Virus record (IMG/VR): IMGVR_UViG_3300044960_000107
Location: 1-54,151 of that record
DNA length: 54,151 bases
Origin: a virus
Taxonomy: Duplodnaviria; Caudoviricetes
Reading direction: 5' to 3' (one strand)
Below, piece by piece: positions 9,155 through 17,751 of the stretch. The position numbers and the translations under genes are program-made. Each line of letters starts with the position of its first letter. The stretch's first letter is position 1. The notes under the pieces are model-generated. The model made no database searches, was not told the DNA's origin, and saw only the letters and a program-made list of their open reading frames with translations.

Positions 9155-10435
9155 CTAGAGGCTCGCCACCTGGTCCTTGGTCGTCGCCGTGACGATGTTC
9201 TGACCGGACGGCTTCTCGACCTCGCACGGGACCTGCACCTCGATGGGCGCTCCACCCGGGTCGGGGTTGACCGGGATGGCGGTGTAGACGACCTGGGGCA
9301 GCTCGTACTTCACCGAGAGCACCGAGCTCTTGAACAGCTCGAACTCGAAGGCGTGCGAGGCGACCGGACCAACGAGCTCGTTGCCAGTGCCGGGGGCGGT
9401 GGTCGCGACCTGCACGCTCGGCGAGGTGCCACCCGTGAGGGCGGTCCCGTCACCAACGAGCTGCGGGACGTTGAAGCCGGCGTAGCGGCCCTGGAACGTG
9501 ACCGTGTACGGGCCGCCGGCCGAGCCACTGACGGCGGCGTCGCCGGGGTCGAGATTCGAGAGCGCCTCGAGTGCCGACTGGACCGCAGTGGAGGCGGCGT
9601 TGTAGGCGATCGGGGCAGTGGTCTGACCGTCGAACGAAAGCGTGAACGTGCCGCCTGTCGGCGAGCCGGTGATGGTGACGGTCTGAACCTCGTTGGTCTT
9701 CGAGCCGTAGAAGAACTCGCGATAGTTGGGCCACGCCTCGAGGCCCTTGAACCGGGTCGCGAAGGAAAGCGTGACCGTCCGTCCGCCCGGGTCGATGTCG
9801 TCGTAGACGTAGTCGTCGGCCTGGTAGCCGGAGAGACCGTTGTCGATCCCGAAGGAGAGCTGGTGAATCTTCTGGGCGACCGTGTCGACCTTGAAGCGAC
9901 CCTTGATGTCGGGGAATAGGTAGGGGTCGCTGTCGATCGGGGTGAGAGCCGTGTCGAACGGCGTAAGCTCCGACGTGCAGCCTAGGATGCCGAGCGTGGC
10001 GCTGAGCGGCTGTCCGGCCGAGCCCTCGATCTGGAGGCTGTTGAGCTTGCAGTCGACGAACTTCTCGTGGACGACGTTCCCGACCATGCGCCAGGCGGTG
10101 AACCAGGGCAGGTCATCTCCGGGGGTCGCGATGTGCTGATAGTTGGTGGGTCCGCCGCTGTCGGCGTTCTCACCGAGGACGAGGTAGTTGAGGAGCGAGA
10201 TGGCTTCGGGATGGAGGTAGACGGGGACGTCACCTCCGACGCTGACAAGCTGGGTGAACGCCTTGCCCTGGTCGCGGCCGGCATCGGTCATGGACAGCCG
10301 CGCGCGTTCCTTCGTCGGAGCGAGCGACGGTGCCCCGTTCATGAGCAGCTTGATCGTCGGAACGGTCGCCGGCGTGCCCTTCGCGGACTGCTTGCCGATC
10401 GCGAAGGTGCCGATGCGGGAGGAGATGCCCGCCAT
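9155..10435 (-). CDS. major tail tube protein with internal inserted domain
   Basis: 426 aa; IGKQSAKGTPAT N-terminus; position; NEVQTVTITGSPTGGTFTL insertion. Confidence 0.8.
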   Translation of the reverse strand: MAGISSRIGTFAIGKQSAKGTPATVPTIKLLMNGAPSLAPTKERARLSMTDAGRDQGKAFTQLVSVGGDVPVYLHPEAISLLNYLVLGENADSGGPTNYQHIATPGDDLPWFTAWRMVGNVVHEKFVDCKLNSLQIEGSAGQPLSATLGILGCTSELTPFDTALTPIDSDPYLFPDIKGRFKVDTVAQKIHQLSFGIDNGLSGYQADDYVYDDIDPGGRTVTLSFATRFKGLEAWPNYREFFYGSKTNEVQTVTITGSPTGGTFTLSFDGQTTAPIAYNAASTAVQSALEALSNLDPGDAAVSGSAGGPYTVTFQGRYAGFNVPQLVGDGTALTGGTSPSVQVATTAPGTGNELVGPVASHAFEFELFKSSVLSVKYELPQVVYTAIPVNPDPGGAPIEVQVPCEVEKPSGQNIVTATTKDQVASL

Positions 10436-10767
10436 CAGGACTCACCCCCCTTGGGAACTCGAATCACGAACGGGTGGGCGTCGAGCGCCGCGATGACGAG
10501 CGGATCGCTGGTGCGGAACTCGCCCTCGACCGTGATGAGCTCGTCGAGTCCCTGGATCGCGAGCTCGACGCGGTTGAAGCCCTCGGCCGGCGCGAATAGC
10601 GCGCCCTGCGGCTGAGCCTCTGGTTCAGGCTCGGGGTCAGGATTCGGGTTCGGCTTCGGGGCCTCGGCCTTCTGCTCGACGGCCGGGGCGTCCGCCAGGT
10701 CGATGGGTTCGTCGACCTTGACGTCCTCGACCTTCTTCTTGGTCTCGGGTGCGTCCTTCGCTGCCAT
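10435..10767 (-). CDS. hypothetical virion/assembly protein
   Basis: 110 aa, Pro/Glu-rich, coupled to tail tube gene. Confidence 0.7.
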   Translation of the reverse strand: MAAKDAPETKKKVEDVKVDEPIDLADAPAVEQKAEAPKPNPNPDPEPEPEAQPQGALFAPAEGFNRVELAIQGLDELITVEGEFRTSDPLVIAALDAHPFVIRVPKGGES

Positions 10768-10776
10768 CGCCCGCGC

Positions 10777-10783
10777 CTATCGG
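10777..10783 (-). promoter_or_regulatory. putative late promoter -10 (CCGATAG)
   Basis: CCGATAGGCGCGGGCG-ATG, identical to the site at 16182. Confidence 0.55.
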
Positions 10784-10793
10784 CGGGCGGCGG

Positions 10794-10835
10794 CATAGAT
10801 GCGCAGGATGCGCGCGCGAGTCCTGAGCGCCTATG
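10794..10835. repeat. 42-bp dyad site, copy 2
   Basis: CATAGATGCGC-N20-GAGCGCCTATG; includes stop codon of 10831..11040. Confidence 0.9.
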
Positions 10836-11040
10836 CCTTCTGGGCGTCGGCGAGGTCGATCAGCCGACGCTGAAGCTCGATCGCCCACTCACGGAGAGGC
10901 GGGAGCTGCCAGGAGGTGAGGCTGAGACCTAGGAAAACGAGCGAAGCCTCGCGCGCAGTCATGGCGACGAACAGGGTGTCGTCGGGGTCGTCTTCGCTCT
11001 CCTCGACTCGTTCGGCGAGCGTGGAGAGATGCTTGAACAT
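10831..11040 (-). CDS. hypothetical protein
   Basis: MFKHLSTLAERVEESEDD...DAQKA, 69 aa. Confidence 0.6.
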   Translation of the reverse strand: MFKHLSTLAERVEESEDDPDDTLFVAMTAREASLVFLGLSLTSWQLPPLREWAIELQRRLIDLADAQKA

Positions 11041-11059
11041 CTCGGACGAGTCCACCGGG

Positions 11060-11464
11060 CTATGTGCTCTGCGTGAACTTGGAGAACTGGGTTCCCTGCG
11101 CGAGCGCCTCGAGGCCCTGGGCCTCGAGGTCGTAGTCGATGCGGACGATTCGGAAGTACCAGATGGGGACGTTGGTCTCGATCTCCGAGAGCGCGACCTG
11201 GAGCTGCTCGGCGACCTCCTCGAGCCTGGTGGGATCGAATGGCTCCTCGGGTCCGCCGCGATGCTTGTGGTTGAGCCAGATGCCGACGCCGGCCTCGAGC
11301 ACCTCCTCGGCAACGTTGTCGGGGTTCTCGTAGACGGCGACCGGCCAGACGCATGCCACGTCCTTACCCTCCTGTGGTCCGAGGCGCCCGGGCCTCACCC
11401 TGATCTGGAGCTCGGATTCGATCTGCTGAGCGATCGCGTTGCGAAAGTCGGTCATAGAGCTCAT
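11060..11464 (-). CDS. tail terminator/completion protein (putative)
   Basis: 134 aa; size and synteny. Confidence 0.6.
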   Translation of the reverse strand: MSSMTDFRNAIAQQIESELQIRVRPGRLGPQEGKDVACVWPVAVYENPDNVAEEVLEAGVGIWLNHKHRGGPEEPFDPTRLEEVAEQLQVALSEIETNVPIWYFRIVRIDYDLEAQGLEALAQGTQFSKFTQST

Positions 11465-11877
11465 GGCGCCGCCTTCTTGATGTTCATGAGCAGGCGTTTG
11501 CGCGCAACCGCTCGAGCTGCGGTCATGAAGCGGATGGGCCTAACGCCGCGGTTCGGCCCAGGTGGGTCGCCGCCCTTGGCGAGTGCGCCCTTTCGCTGGT
11601 AGGTGCCCTTGTTGAAGAAGTTGGCGCGGAAGTCGGTCCAGCCGAGCACAAGCTCGAAGCCACGGAAGGTGCGCTGGACGAGCCCGATCTTCGTCGACGA
11701 GAGGATGTGCTGGATTCGATAACCGCGGGTGTTGACGCCACGGGCGACAACAGCAGCCTCGAGGGCAGTACGGCGCAGGCCGGACTTGACGGCCTCCTCG
11801 AGCTTGTCCTCGAAGCCGTCGAAGTCGTCTTTCGTGACGACAACCTTGGCCTGGAGCTTGACGCCGCCCCGCGCCAC
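11461..11877 (-). CDS. HK97 gp10-like tail component
   Basis: GTG start; basic; ANFFNKGT...PIRFMTAA resembles the gp10 family. Confidence 0.6.
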   Translation of the reverse strand: MARGGVKLQAKVVVTKDDFDGFEDKLEEAVKSGLRRTALEAAVVARGVNTRGYRIQHILSSTKIGLVQRTFRGFELVLGWTDFRANFFNKGTYQRKGALAKGGDPPGPNRGVRPIRFMTAARAVARKRLLMNIKKAAP

Positions 11878-11878
11878 T

Positions 11879-12502
11879 TCAACTCCCGACGTAGTGAGCG
11901 CGCCTGAAGGGGGCCAGGAGGTCGCGGATCGCTTTCGGGAGTGCTGCGTCGATCTCGTCGGCCTGCACTTCGGAGAAGGAGAACTCACCCAGACTTCGGC
12001 TGGAGAAGCCCTCTGGGTTGCGGTAGTCGCGCTTGATCGCCTTCAGGCAGGCGAGGCGCACGAGTGGTGGAACCTCTGCCATACCCCACTTGCCGGTGAT
12101 ATGCAGCTCGGCCCACGGGTCCCCGGGGACCACCTTCAGGCGGATCGAGAGCCAGGTTCCCTCCCGAGTCTTCCCTACCGGCCGCAGGGAGTAGTCCTTG
12201 CTGGTGAGCGTGGTCGAGGTGTCCCCGGAGATGAGCACGACGTTGCCGGTGATCTCTCGGAGCTCGGAGGGCTCGAGCGAGGTAGATGCGCCCTCGACGA
12301 CGAAGGCACGCTCGATCGCGGTGTCGGGGTCGGGCTTGACGAACTCGCGCCCTAGGAAGCGTCTGAACAGATCGCTGTAGCCGTTGATGAGCTCGATGAG
12401 ATCGGCCTCGAGTCCTGGATTGTCGACGAGAGCCTCATCGTCGCGCAGGATGTAACGCGCAGCGTCCTCGGGGGTGACGAGTGCGTAGTCGACCAGGCTC
12501 AT
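11879..12502 (-). CDS. head-tail connector/adaptor
   Basis: YALVTPEDAARYI...GWG-like GKWGMAEVPPLVRLAC...SRSLGEFS. Confidence 0.75.
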   Translation of the reverse strand: MSLVDYALVTPEDAARYILRDDEALVDNPGLEADLIELINGYSDLFRRFLGREFVKPDPDTAIERAFVVEGASTSLEPSELREITGNVVLISGDTSTTLTSKDYSLRPVGKTREGTWLSIRLKVVPGDPWAELHITGKWGMAEVPPLVRLACLKAIKRDYRNPEGFSSRSLGEFSFSEVQADEIDAALPKAIRDLLAPFRRAHYVGS

Positions 12503-12512
12503 GTCGTCTCGT

Positions 12513-13256
12513 TCATCGGACGGCTGCGACTGCTGCTCCCCAATGGAGCTCAGGGGTGCTGCCGAAGGCGCGCATGAGGCCGGCGATGTCGTCGTACCAG
12601 GTGGGGCAGACGGCGCAGTAGCCGGCGAGGTCGTAGATCGTCCTGGCGTTCGGCCAGCGGCAGCGGATGAAGTCGGGCACGGCGCGGAACGCTTCGCGCC
12701 AGGAAACGTCGAGGCGCCTGGCGTCGAAACCTGGGCCGCCGTTCACGCAGCCGGTGGTAGGCCACCAGGCTCGGGCGCAGGCGGTGATGCCCCAGGCATT
12801 GAACTCGCCGCCGCATCGGTAGAGCCCGAACGAGCTCTCCTTGCCGGCGATGCCGGCGATGGCGAAGGGGTTGAAATCAGCGTCGCGCGCGATGCGGGCG
12901 AGCGTGACCGCGTATGGGGCCATTGGGGAGCCGCGAGCGCGTAGGTGGGTCTCGAGGCGTCGGGCAACGAGCTCCACTTCGTTCGGTGGCGGCCACTTGC
13001 GGCCGAACTGGAGCGCGGCCTGGCGGTGGTGCTTGGCCCAGACCTTGCAGGAGGTCCCTCGGGAGGAAAGCCAGCCGCAGAACTGTCGTCCCTCGAGTCG
13101 GTTCCAGAGGGCAGTCTCTCCGACGCGCTTGCAGTAGCCCTTAGCGGCGTCCTGTTCGGTGCAGGTGCCCCATGCGAACTGGCCGGGGAAGAACAGAGGA
13201 ATGGCAACGAGAACCGCCGCCACGAGGGCGGCGGCGAGAAGGCGGGGGCGACTCAT
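12513..13256 (-). CDS. secreted lysozyme-superfamily (glucosaminidase-like) protein
   Basis: Signal peptide MSRPRLLAAALVAAVLVAIPLF; AIAGKESSFG...NAWG motif; ATGA overlap with upstream gene. Confidence 0.6.
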   Translation of the reverse strand: MSRPRLLAAALVAAVLVAIPLFFPGQFAWGTCTEQDAAKGYCKRVGETALWNRLEGRQFCGWLSSRGTSCKVWAKHHRQAALQFGRKWPPPNEVELVARRLETHLRARGSPMAPYAVTLARIARDADFNPFAIAGIAGKESSFGLYRCGGEFNAWGITACARAWWPTTGCVNGGPGFDARRLDVSWREAFRAVPDFIRCRWPNARTIYDLAGYCAVCPTWYDDIAGLMRAFGSTPELHWGAAVAAVR

Positions 13257-13543
13257 TCCGAGTCGCCCTGCGCCTGATCGTCTTCGGTGCCCTCGTCGCT
13301 GCTTGGGTTCTCGGGAGCGGTGGTGCGCTCCTCTGCGGGCGGCAGGTCGGTCGTCTCCCGCTGCTCGCGGGTCGCCTTCTCGTGGCTCTTGCCTCGGCTG
13401 CGCCGGCCCTCGAGAAGCTCGGCCTGCTGAGCCTCCACGAGACGCTCGGCCTCGTCTTCGCTGACCTCGACCTCGTCGCCAGCGTTCTGGACGAAGTCGC
13501 GGCCGGCTCGGTTGACGAGGAGCCGAACCTTGGCGCCGCTCAC
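13253..13543 (-). CDS. hypothetical head-associated protein
   Basis: 96 aa; AGDEVEVSEDEAERLVEAQQAE. Confidence 0.7.
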   Translation of the reverse strand: MSGAKVRLLVNRAGRDFVQNAGDEVEVSEDEAERLVEAQQAELLEGRRSRGKSHEKATREQRETTDLPPAEERTTAPENPSSDEGTEDDQAQGDSE

Positions 13544-13731
13544 GACTCGACCTCGTTCCGGGCGTCGAATGCCTCGCGCTCGGCCTGCATGGTCTCATCG
13601 ACCTGCTCGGCGACATCGGGATCGACCTCGCCCGGGTTGTGGTTGGCGATCGCCCGCTCGAACTCCTCGCGCTCGAACTGCGCGCGAGCCGCGAGCTCCT
13701 GCTTGGCCTGCTTCTCTGTGGCCTTGTCCAT
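13540..13731 (-). CDS. small acidic hypothetical protein
   Basis: MDKATEKQAK...; AAGGAGG SD. Confidence 0.7.
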   Translation of the reverse strand: MDKATEKQAKQELAARAQFEREEFERAIANHNPGEVDPDVAEQVDETMQAEREAFDARNEVES

Positions 13732-13777
13732 CGCGGACCTCCTTCCGGGGTTCCGGGGGTCGCGCGGTCTATCGGGC

Positions 13778-13810
13778 AAAGAGAGAGGGCCGGCGCTAAC
13801 CGGCCCTCTC
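13778..13810 (-). terminator. intrinsic terminator after major capsid gene
   Basis: GAGAGGGCCGG/CCGGCCCTCTC stem followed by TCTTT on minus strand. Confidence 0.7.
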
Positions 13811-13834
13811 AGGACTCGGGCTCAGGAAGGCCCC

Positions 13835-15187
13835 CTACGAGGCTGCCATCCGCAGGCCGACCATCGCGTTCGGATCGAGAAGCATCCCATCCGTGCGGTG
13901 ATAGGCCAGGAAGCCGACCTGGAGGTTGTCGGCGAACCGCTCGTCGAGTCGGCGGACGGCGAACGCTCCGACATCGGCGGTCGAGCTGGTCCGACGCGGC
14001 CCGACGCGACCAACGTCCCTGATCCAGTAGGCGCCGAAGTCGCCGAAGATGCCGAACTTGTTGCTTGCGACGCCGAACGCCTGGAGGTCCGGGTCGATCG
14101 AGACGGGGTGGCCGAGCAGGACGTCCGGCTCGCCGGCCTGGAGGCCGGTCCGCCAGATGTACTGGCCGTCGTTGTCCTTGAGCTTGCTGATGGCGAGCAC
14201 CGCGCTGTCGTGGATGACCCACCGGGCGTTGCGTCGGTAGGCGATGGGCAGCGTGAACTTCGCCTCGATCAGCTCGTCCGCGGTGATGGCCGTCGCGGAG
14301 GCGAGCGTCTTGTAGGTGGTGACGCCGCCGGAGGCCGCGAGCATGCCCGTCGGCTTGCCGGAGCCATCGCCCACGAAGTAGGCGGCGTTCTCGAGCGCGC
14401 CGATGGACTGACCGATCGCACGTCCGAGCAGGGTCTCGAGATCGACCGCGCTGTCCTCGAGGAGCTCGACCGAGGTCTTGACCAGGCGGACGGCCTTGTA
14501 CGCCTTCAGCGTGACCGTGCCGAAGGTCTCGTCCGTCGCCGTGATCGCCCCGGCCTCGCCGACCCAGCTCGCGGCGCCGTGCGCGGTGAGCTTCGGCAGG
14601 GTCAGGTCCTCGCCGGCCCCAGTGACGATCTGCGTGGTGCCGATGTCGCGGGCGGTGCCGGCCTGGATGAGGTACTCGACGAGGGTCGCCTGGAACTCGG
14701 CCGGGACGACGTAGCCGCCCGTTGCGCCGGCGCCCTTCGCCTGGTCGCGCTGCTCGAACTCGACATCGCCGAAGGAGGTGCGGCCCTTCATGTCGACGTA
14801 GCCGAGCCGGAGCGTGCGCCAGTCGTCCGCCTCCATGCCCTCGCGGCCGTAGCGGACGTAGCTCTCGAAGGCGCGCGCGTAGCGCTCCTGGAGCTCGTTG
14901 ACCTGGTCGCGGACCTCGCCCTGCGCGTCGCGCGGGTTCAGGCTGCGTCCCCCGTCCGGGTCCTCGATGCCGAGCTCGGCGTTGACGAGGGAGAGCTCGC
15001 GCTGACGAAGCTCCTCCTCCCGCAGGATCGAGCGACCCAGGTCGTCCGCCTCGGCGACGATTCGGTCGTACTCCTGCTCCTCCTCGGCCGTGAGCGTGCG
15101 CTCTGCCTCGTCGGCGGCATCGAGAAGGTGGCGAGCCTGGCGGATCAGCGCGGCCCGCTTCTGCCTCATTTCGATGATCTTGTTCAT
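13835..15187 (-). CDS. HK97-family major capsid protein
   Basis: Coiled-coil delta domain; GGYVVP, WVGEAG, GDGSGKPTG, KLKDNDGQYIW, FGDF motifs. Confidence 0.95.
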   Translation of the reverse strand: MNKIIEMRQKRAALIRQARHLLDAADEAERTLTAEEEQEYDRIVAEADDLGRSILREEELRQRELSLVNAELGIEDPDGGRSLNPRDAQGEVRDQVNELQERYARAFESYVRYGREGMEADDWRTLRLGYVDMKGRTSFGDVEFEQRDQAKGAGATGGYVVPAEFQATLVEYLIQAGTARDIGTTQIVTGAGEDLTLPKLTAHGAASWVGEAGAITATDETFGTVTLKAYKAVRLVKTSVELLEDSAVDLETLLGRAIGQSIGALENAAYFVGDGSGKPTGMLAASGGVTTYKTLASATAITADELIEAKFTLPIAYRRNARWVIHDSAVLAISKLKDNDGQYIWRTGLQAGEPDVLLGHPVSIDPDLQAFGVASNKFGIFGDFGAYWIRDVGRVGPRRTSSTADVGAFAVRRLDERFADNLQVGFLAYHRTDGMLLDPNAMVGLRMAAS

Positions 15188-15218
15188 AGCTGGGTTCCTC
15201 GTGGTCGGGTGTTGGCGG

Positions 15219-16172
15219 TTAGAGAGCCGCGCTGTTGTCGAACTCCAGCAGCGCTAGTCGGCGGCGACGCGGATCGAGTGACACGACTCGGGCCGAGTTG
15301 GTCTCCTCGTCGTCCTCCTCGTCGTCCTCGTCGCCAGCCGCCTCGAGCAGTGCGCGAAGCGCGGCGAGCGCGCTTTCGCCCTGCGCGATGGCGTCCTTGA
15401 CGAGCTGCCGGTTCTTCGCGGAGAGGACCTTCCCAACACGCTGTTCGTCCTCGTTGGCTCGGCCGGCCCTGAGCTCCTCGAGGGTGGCGTTGATGCGGGC
15501 GATCTCTCTGTCGAAGTCCTCCGTGTTGGCGCGCAGGGCCACCTCGATGACGTGCTGACCGTTCGTGACGGCTGCCGTCGCCGGCGGCGACACGAGTTCG
15601 GGGGCCTGCTCGACGCCGAGGTAGCGAAGCGTGCGCTGAAGGCTGTTGAGCTCTGCGTCGGTGCTCGGGTAGGCGGGGAAGGTGACGGGCGAGACGTCGA
15701 ACAGCTCGACTTCCTCGAGTGTTCGCATCTGGACGGTGATCGTCTCGCCGTCGACCGTCTCGATGTCTCGCTCCTCCCACGAGTCCTTGATCGTGCGGAA
15801 GCCGAAAGACATCTGATCGACGTCGCGACGCTCGAGCATGACTGCGAGGTCGCGTCCCATCGTCGTGTCCGGCAGCGACGCTTCGGCCACGAGGCCGTTG
15901 TCGTCCTTGGAGAGGGTGAGCGTGCCCTCGCCGTACTTGGAGCGGGCGAGGACGTGATCGGCGTTGTGATTGAACAGGAGGCGGACGTCATCCTCGCCGT
16001 TGAGGGCGCGATCGAACGCGGTAGGCGCCACCTGCTCGTACCAGTCCCAGATGCGAACCGGGGTGTTGAAGACGGCCGCGTGGCCGAAGAAGTTGCCGGG
16101 GGAGCCGCTGTCATCTTCGGCGGCGCGAAGCTCGACCCTGTCGAGGCTGAAGACTCGGCGCTCGCGTACCAT
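15219..16172 (-). CDS. HK97-family prohead protease
   Basis: GHAAVFN, LFNHN, QMSFGF, DVSPVTFPAYP. Confidence 0.95.
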   Translation of the reverse strand: MVRERRVFSLDRVELRAAEDDSGSPGNFFGHAAVFNTPVRIWDWYEQVAPTAFDRALNGEDDVRLLFNHNADHVLARSKYGEGTLTLSKDDNGLVAEASLPDTTMGRDLAVMLERRDVDQMSFGFRTIKDSWEERDIETVDGETITVQMRTLEEVELFDVSPVTFPAYPSTDAELNSLQRTLRYLGVEQAPELVSPPATAAVTNGQHVIEVALRANTEDFDREIARINATLEELRAGRANEDEQRVGKVLSAKNRQLVKDAIAQGESALAALRALLEAAGDEDDEEDDEETNSARVVSLDPRRRRLALLEFDNSAAL

Positions 16173-16181
16173 CGCCCGCGC

Positions 16182-17477
16182 CTATCGGCGGATCAGTTCG
16201 GAGAGCGCCTTGGCGTATCGCTCGCTGTGCCCGTTGCCGTTACCGTTGAGACCGAGCTTCTCGCGGAGGACGTCCTCGAGCGATTCCTCGTCTTGCTCGG
16301 GTTCCTCGGACAGAAGCGGGAGGTCTTCGAGCTCACGAACTTCATTGACGAGGAGGAACTTCTTGTCGATGCCAATGGCGTATGCCTCGTAGCGGGTCTT
16401 CGTGTCGCCACGGAGGAGTGCGGAGACGTTGAACTGTGGATAGATGTCGCGGTCGCCTTCCTTGTTGAACAGCCGCTTCTTGAGCGTCGATTCGATGCGG
16501 ACGAGCCAGGGCCGAAGGCTGTGGACGACGAAGTCGATGGCCTGCTGCTCGACGCTGGCGTAGGAGACGGAGCCGGCCTCGAGGTCGGCGAGCATGTAGG
16601 GCGGGACGCGGAAGATGCGGGCGACTTCGCGGACGCCGAACTTGCGGGTCTCGATGAACTGGGCGTCGCCCGGGGGAATGCCGACGGTCTTGATGTCGGC
16701 GCCGGCCGTGAGGATGCCGAGCAGGTGAGACTTCTTGAGGCCCTTGTGAGCCGAGTCCCAGGCGGCCTTGAACTCCCGCTGCTGCTCGGCGTCCATGACG
16801 CCGGGCCAAGTGACTACGGTGCCGGGTCGAGCGTCGTTCGCGAAGAACCGACCACCGTACTCCTCGGCAGCGATCGCGACACCGAGGGCCTGGCGGGCTA
16901 CCATGATCCGGCTGAGACCGACGTCGCCGCAGGTGCGGAAGCCCTTGAAGTGGATGACCTGATCGGCGGTGAGGCTGTGATCGCGCCCGTTAGGCAGTCT
17001 GGTGATGTAGACGAGCTTGCTGCCGTCGGGGCTGCGGAGCGGCTTGGTACAGGAGGGACTGAGCGGCCAGAGCTCGACGTCGCCGGCCCCGTTGCGGGGG
17101 AAGACGTACCAGTAGGAGTTGCCCCAGAGGGCGACCTGAGAGACGATCATCTCCCACATCTCGAATGAGGTGAGCTCGGGGTTTGGCTCGAGGTTGAGTA
17201 GGTCCCAGCGGGGGTCGTTGCGGAGCTTCTCGCGGCCCTGGTCGGTGCGCTTGTAGATCGGGCAGGGCAGGCCGGCGACGGAGTCGGAGAGGATGCCTAC
17301 CGCGGCAAGCACGGCGGTCATGCGAAGCGACTTCTCAGGGGTGACGCTGATGCCAGCATCGGTCAGGATGGACGTGCCGTCGTCCATCTGCGTCAGCGCG
17401 ATCTTCAGGTCGACGCTGGGGTTCTCGAGCGAATCACGCTTCTCGTCGAGTCGGAGGATGCGGCGCACGAGTCCCAT
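16182..17477 (-). CDS. HK97-family portal protein
   Basis: LWGNSY, VIHFK, DAQFIETRKF, ARIFRVPP, NEVRELEDL. Confidence 0.95.
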   Translation of the reverse strand: MGLVRRILRLDEKRDSLENPSVDLKIALTQMDDGTSILTDAGISVTPEKSLRMTAVLAAVGILSDSVAGLPCPIYKRTDQGREKLRNDPRWDLLNLEPNPELTSFEMWEMIVSQVALWGNSYWYVFPRNGAGDVELWPLSPSCTKPLRSPDGSKLVYITRLPNGRDHSLTADQVIHFKGFRTCGDVGLSRIMVARQALGVAIAAEEYGGRFFANDARPGTVVTWPGVMDAEQQREFKAAWDSAHKGLKKSHLLGILTAGADIKTVGIPPGDAQFIETRKFGVREVARIFRVPPYMLADLEAGSVSYASVEQQAIDFVVHSLRPWLVRIESTLKKRLFNKEGDRDIYPQFNVSALLRGDTKTRYEAYAIGIDKKFLLVNEVRELEDLPLLSEEPEQDEESLEDVLREKLGLNGNGNGHSERYAKALSELIRR

Positions 17478-17501
17478 CGGTGCGCCTATCGGGCGCTGCG
17501 A

Positions 17502-17573
17502 TTCGGGGGCAAGGACTCGAACCCTGATCTCGGCGGCCAGAACGCCGCGTCCTGCCGATTAGACGACCCCCGA
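17502..17573 (-). tRNA. tRNA-Gln (CTG)
   Basis: Full cloverleaf: TCGGGGG/CCCCCGA acceptor with T1:A72, anticodon arm CGGCG-TTCTGGC-CGCCG, T arm CAGGG-TTCGAGT-CCTTG; no encoded CCA. Confidence 0.9.
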
Positions 17574-17574
17574 G

Positions 17575-17664
17575 TGGAGCCGGCGGGAATCGAACCCGCG
17601 TCCCTGTCCGACGCTCGAGTGAAACTGGCCCTCGAACGTCTGACAGGCGCACCTCTGCGGCCCC
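17575..17664 (-). ncRNA. tmRNA-like RNA consisting only of the tRNA-like domain
   Basis: GGGGCCG/CGGCTCC-A acceptor with G3:U70; no D stem; 17-position helix; GAC linker; GCGGG-TTCGATT-CCCGC T arm. Confidence 0.75.
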
Positions 17665-17666
17665 AG

Positions 17667-17736
17667 GTAGCGGGCGAGGACTCGAACCTCCTAGCCGGCG
17701 TATGAGACCGGCCGAACCACCTGGCTCTACCCGCCG
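17667..17736 (-). tRNA. tRNA-Met (CAT), initiator-like but degenerate
   Basis: C1xA72 mismatch, GAGC/GTTC D stem (A11:T24), CTCATAC loop; one T-stem mismatch; lacks the third anticodon-stem G:C. Confidence 0.65.
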
Positions 17737-17751
17737 CCGACGCTGATCGGC

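Noticed and set aside
13972-14015. 14-aa insertion in the capsid protein between repeated DVG, resembling a ninth dyad
   Set aside because: Left arm matches 9/11 but there is no right arm at the 42-bp spacing
13172-17168. Long plus-strand ORFs (742 aa, 538 aa and similar elsewhere)
   Set aside because: Antisense shadows of real minus-strand genes in high-GC DNA
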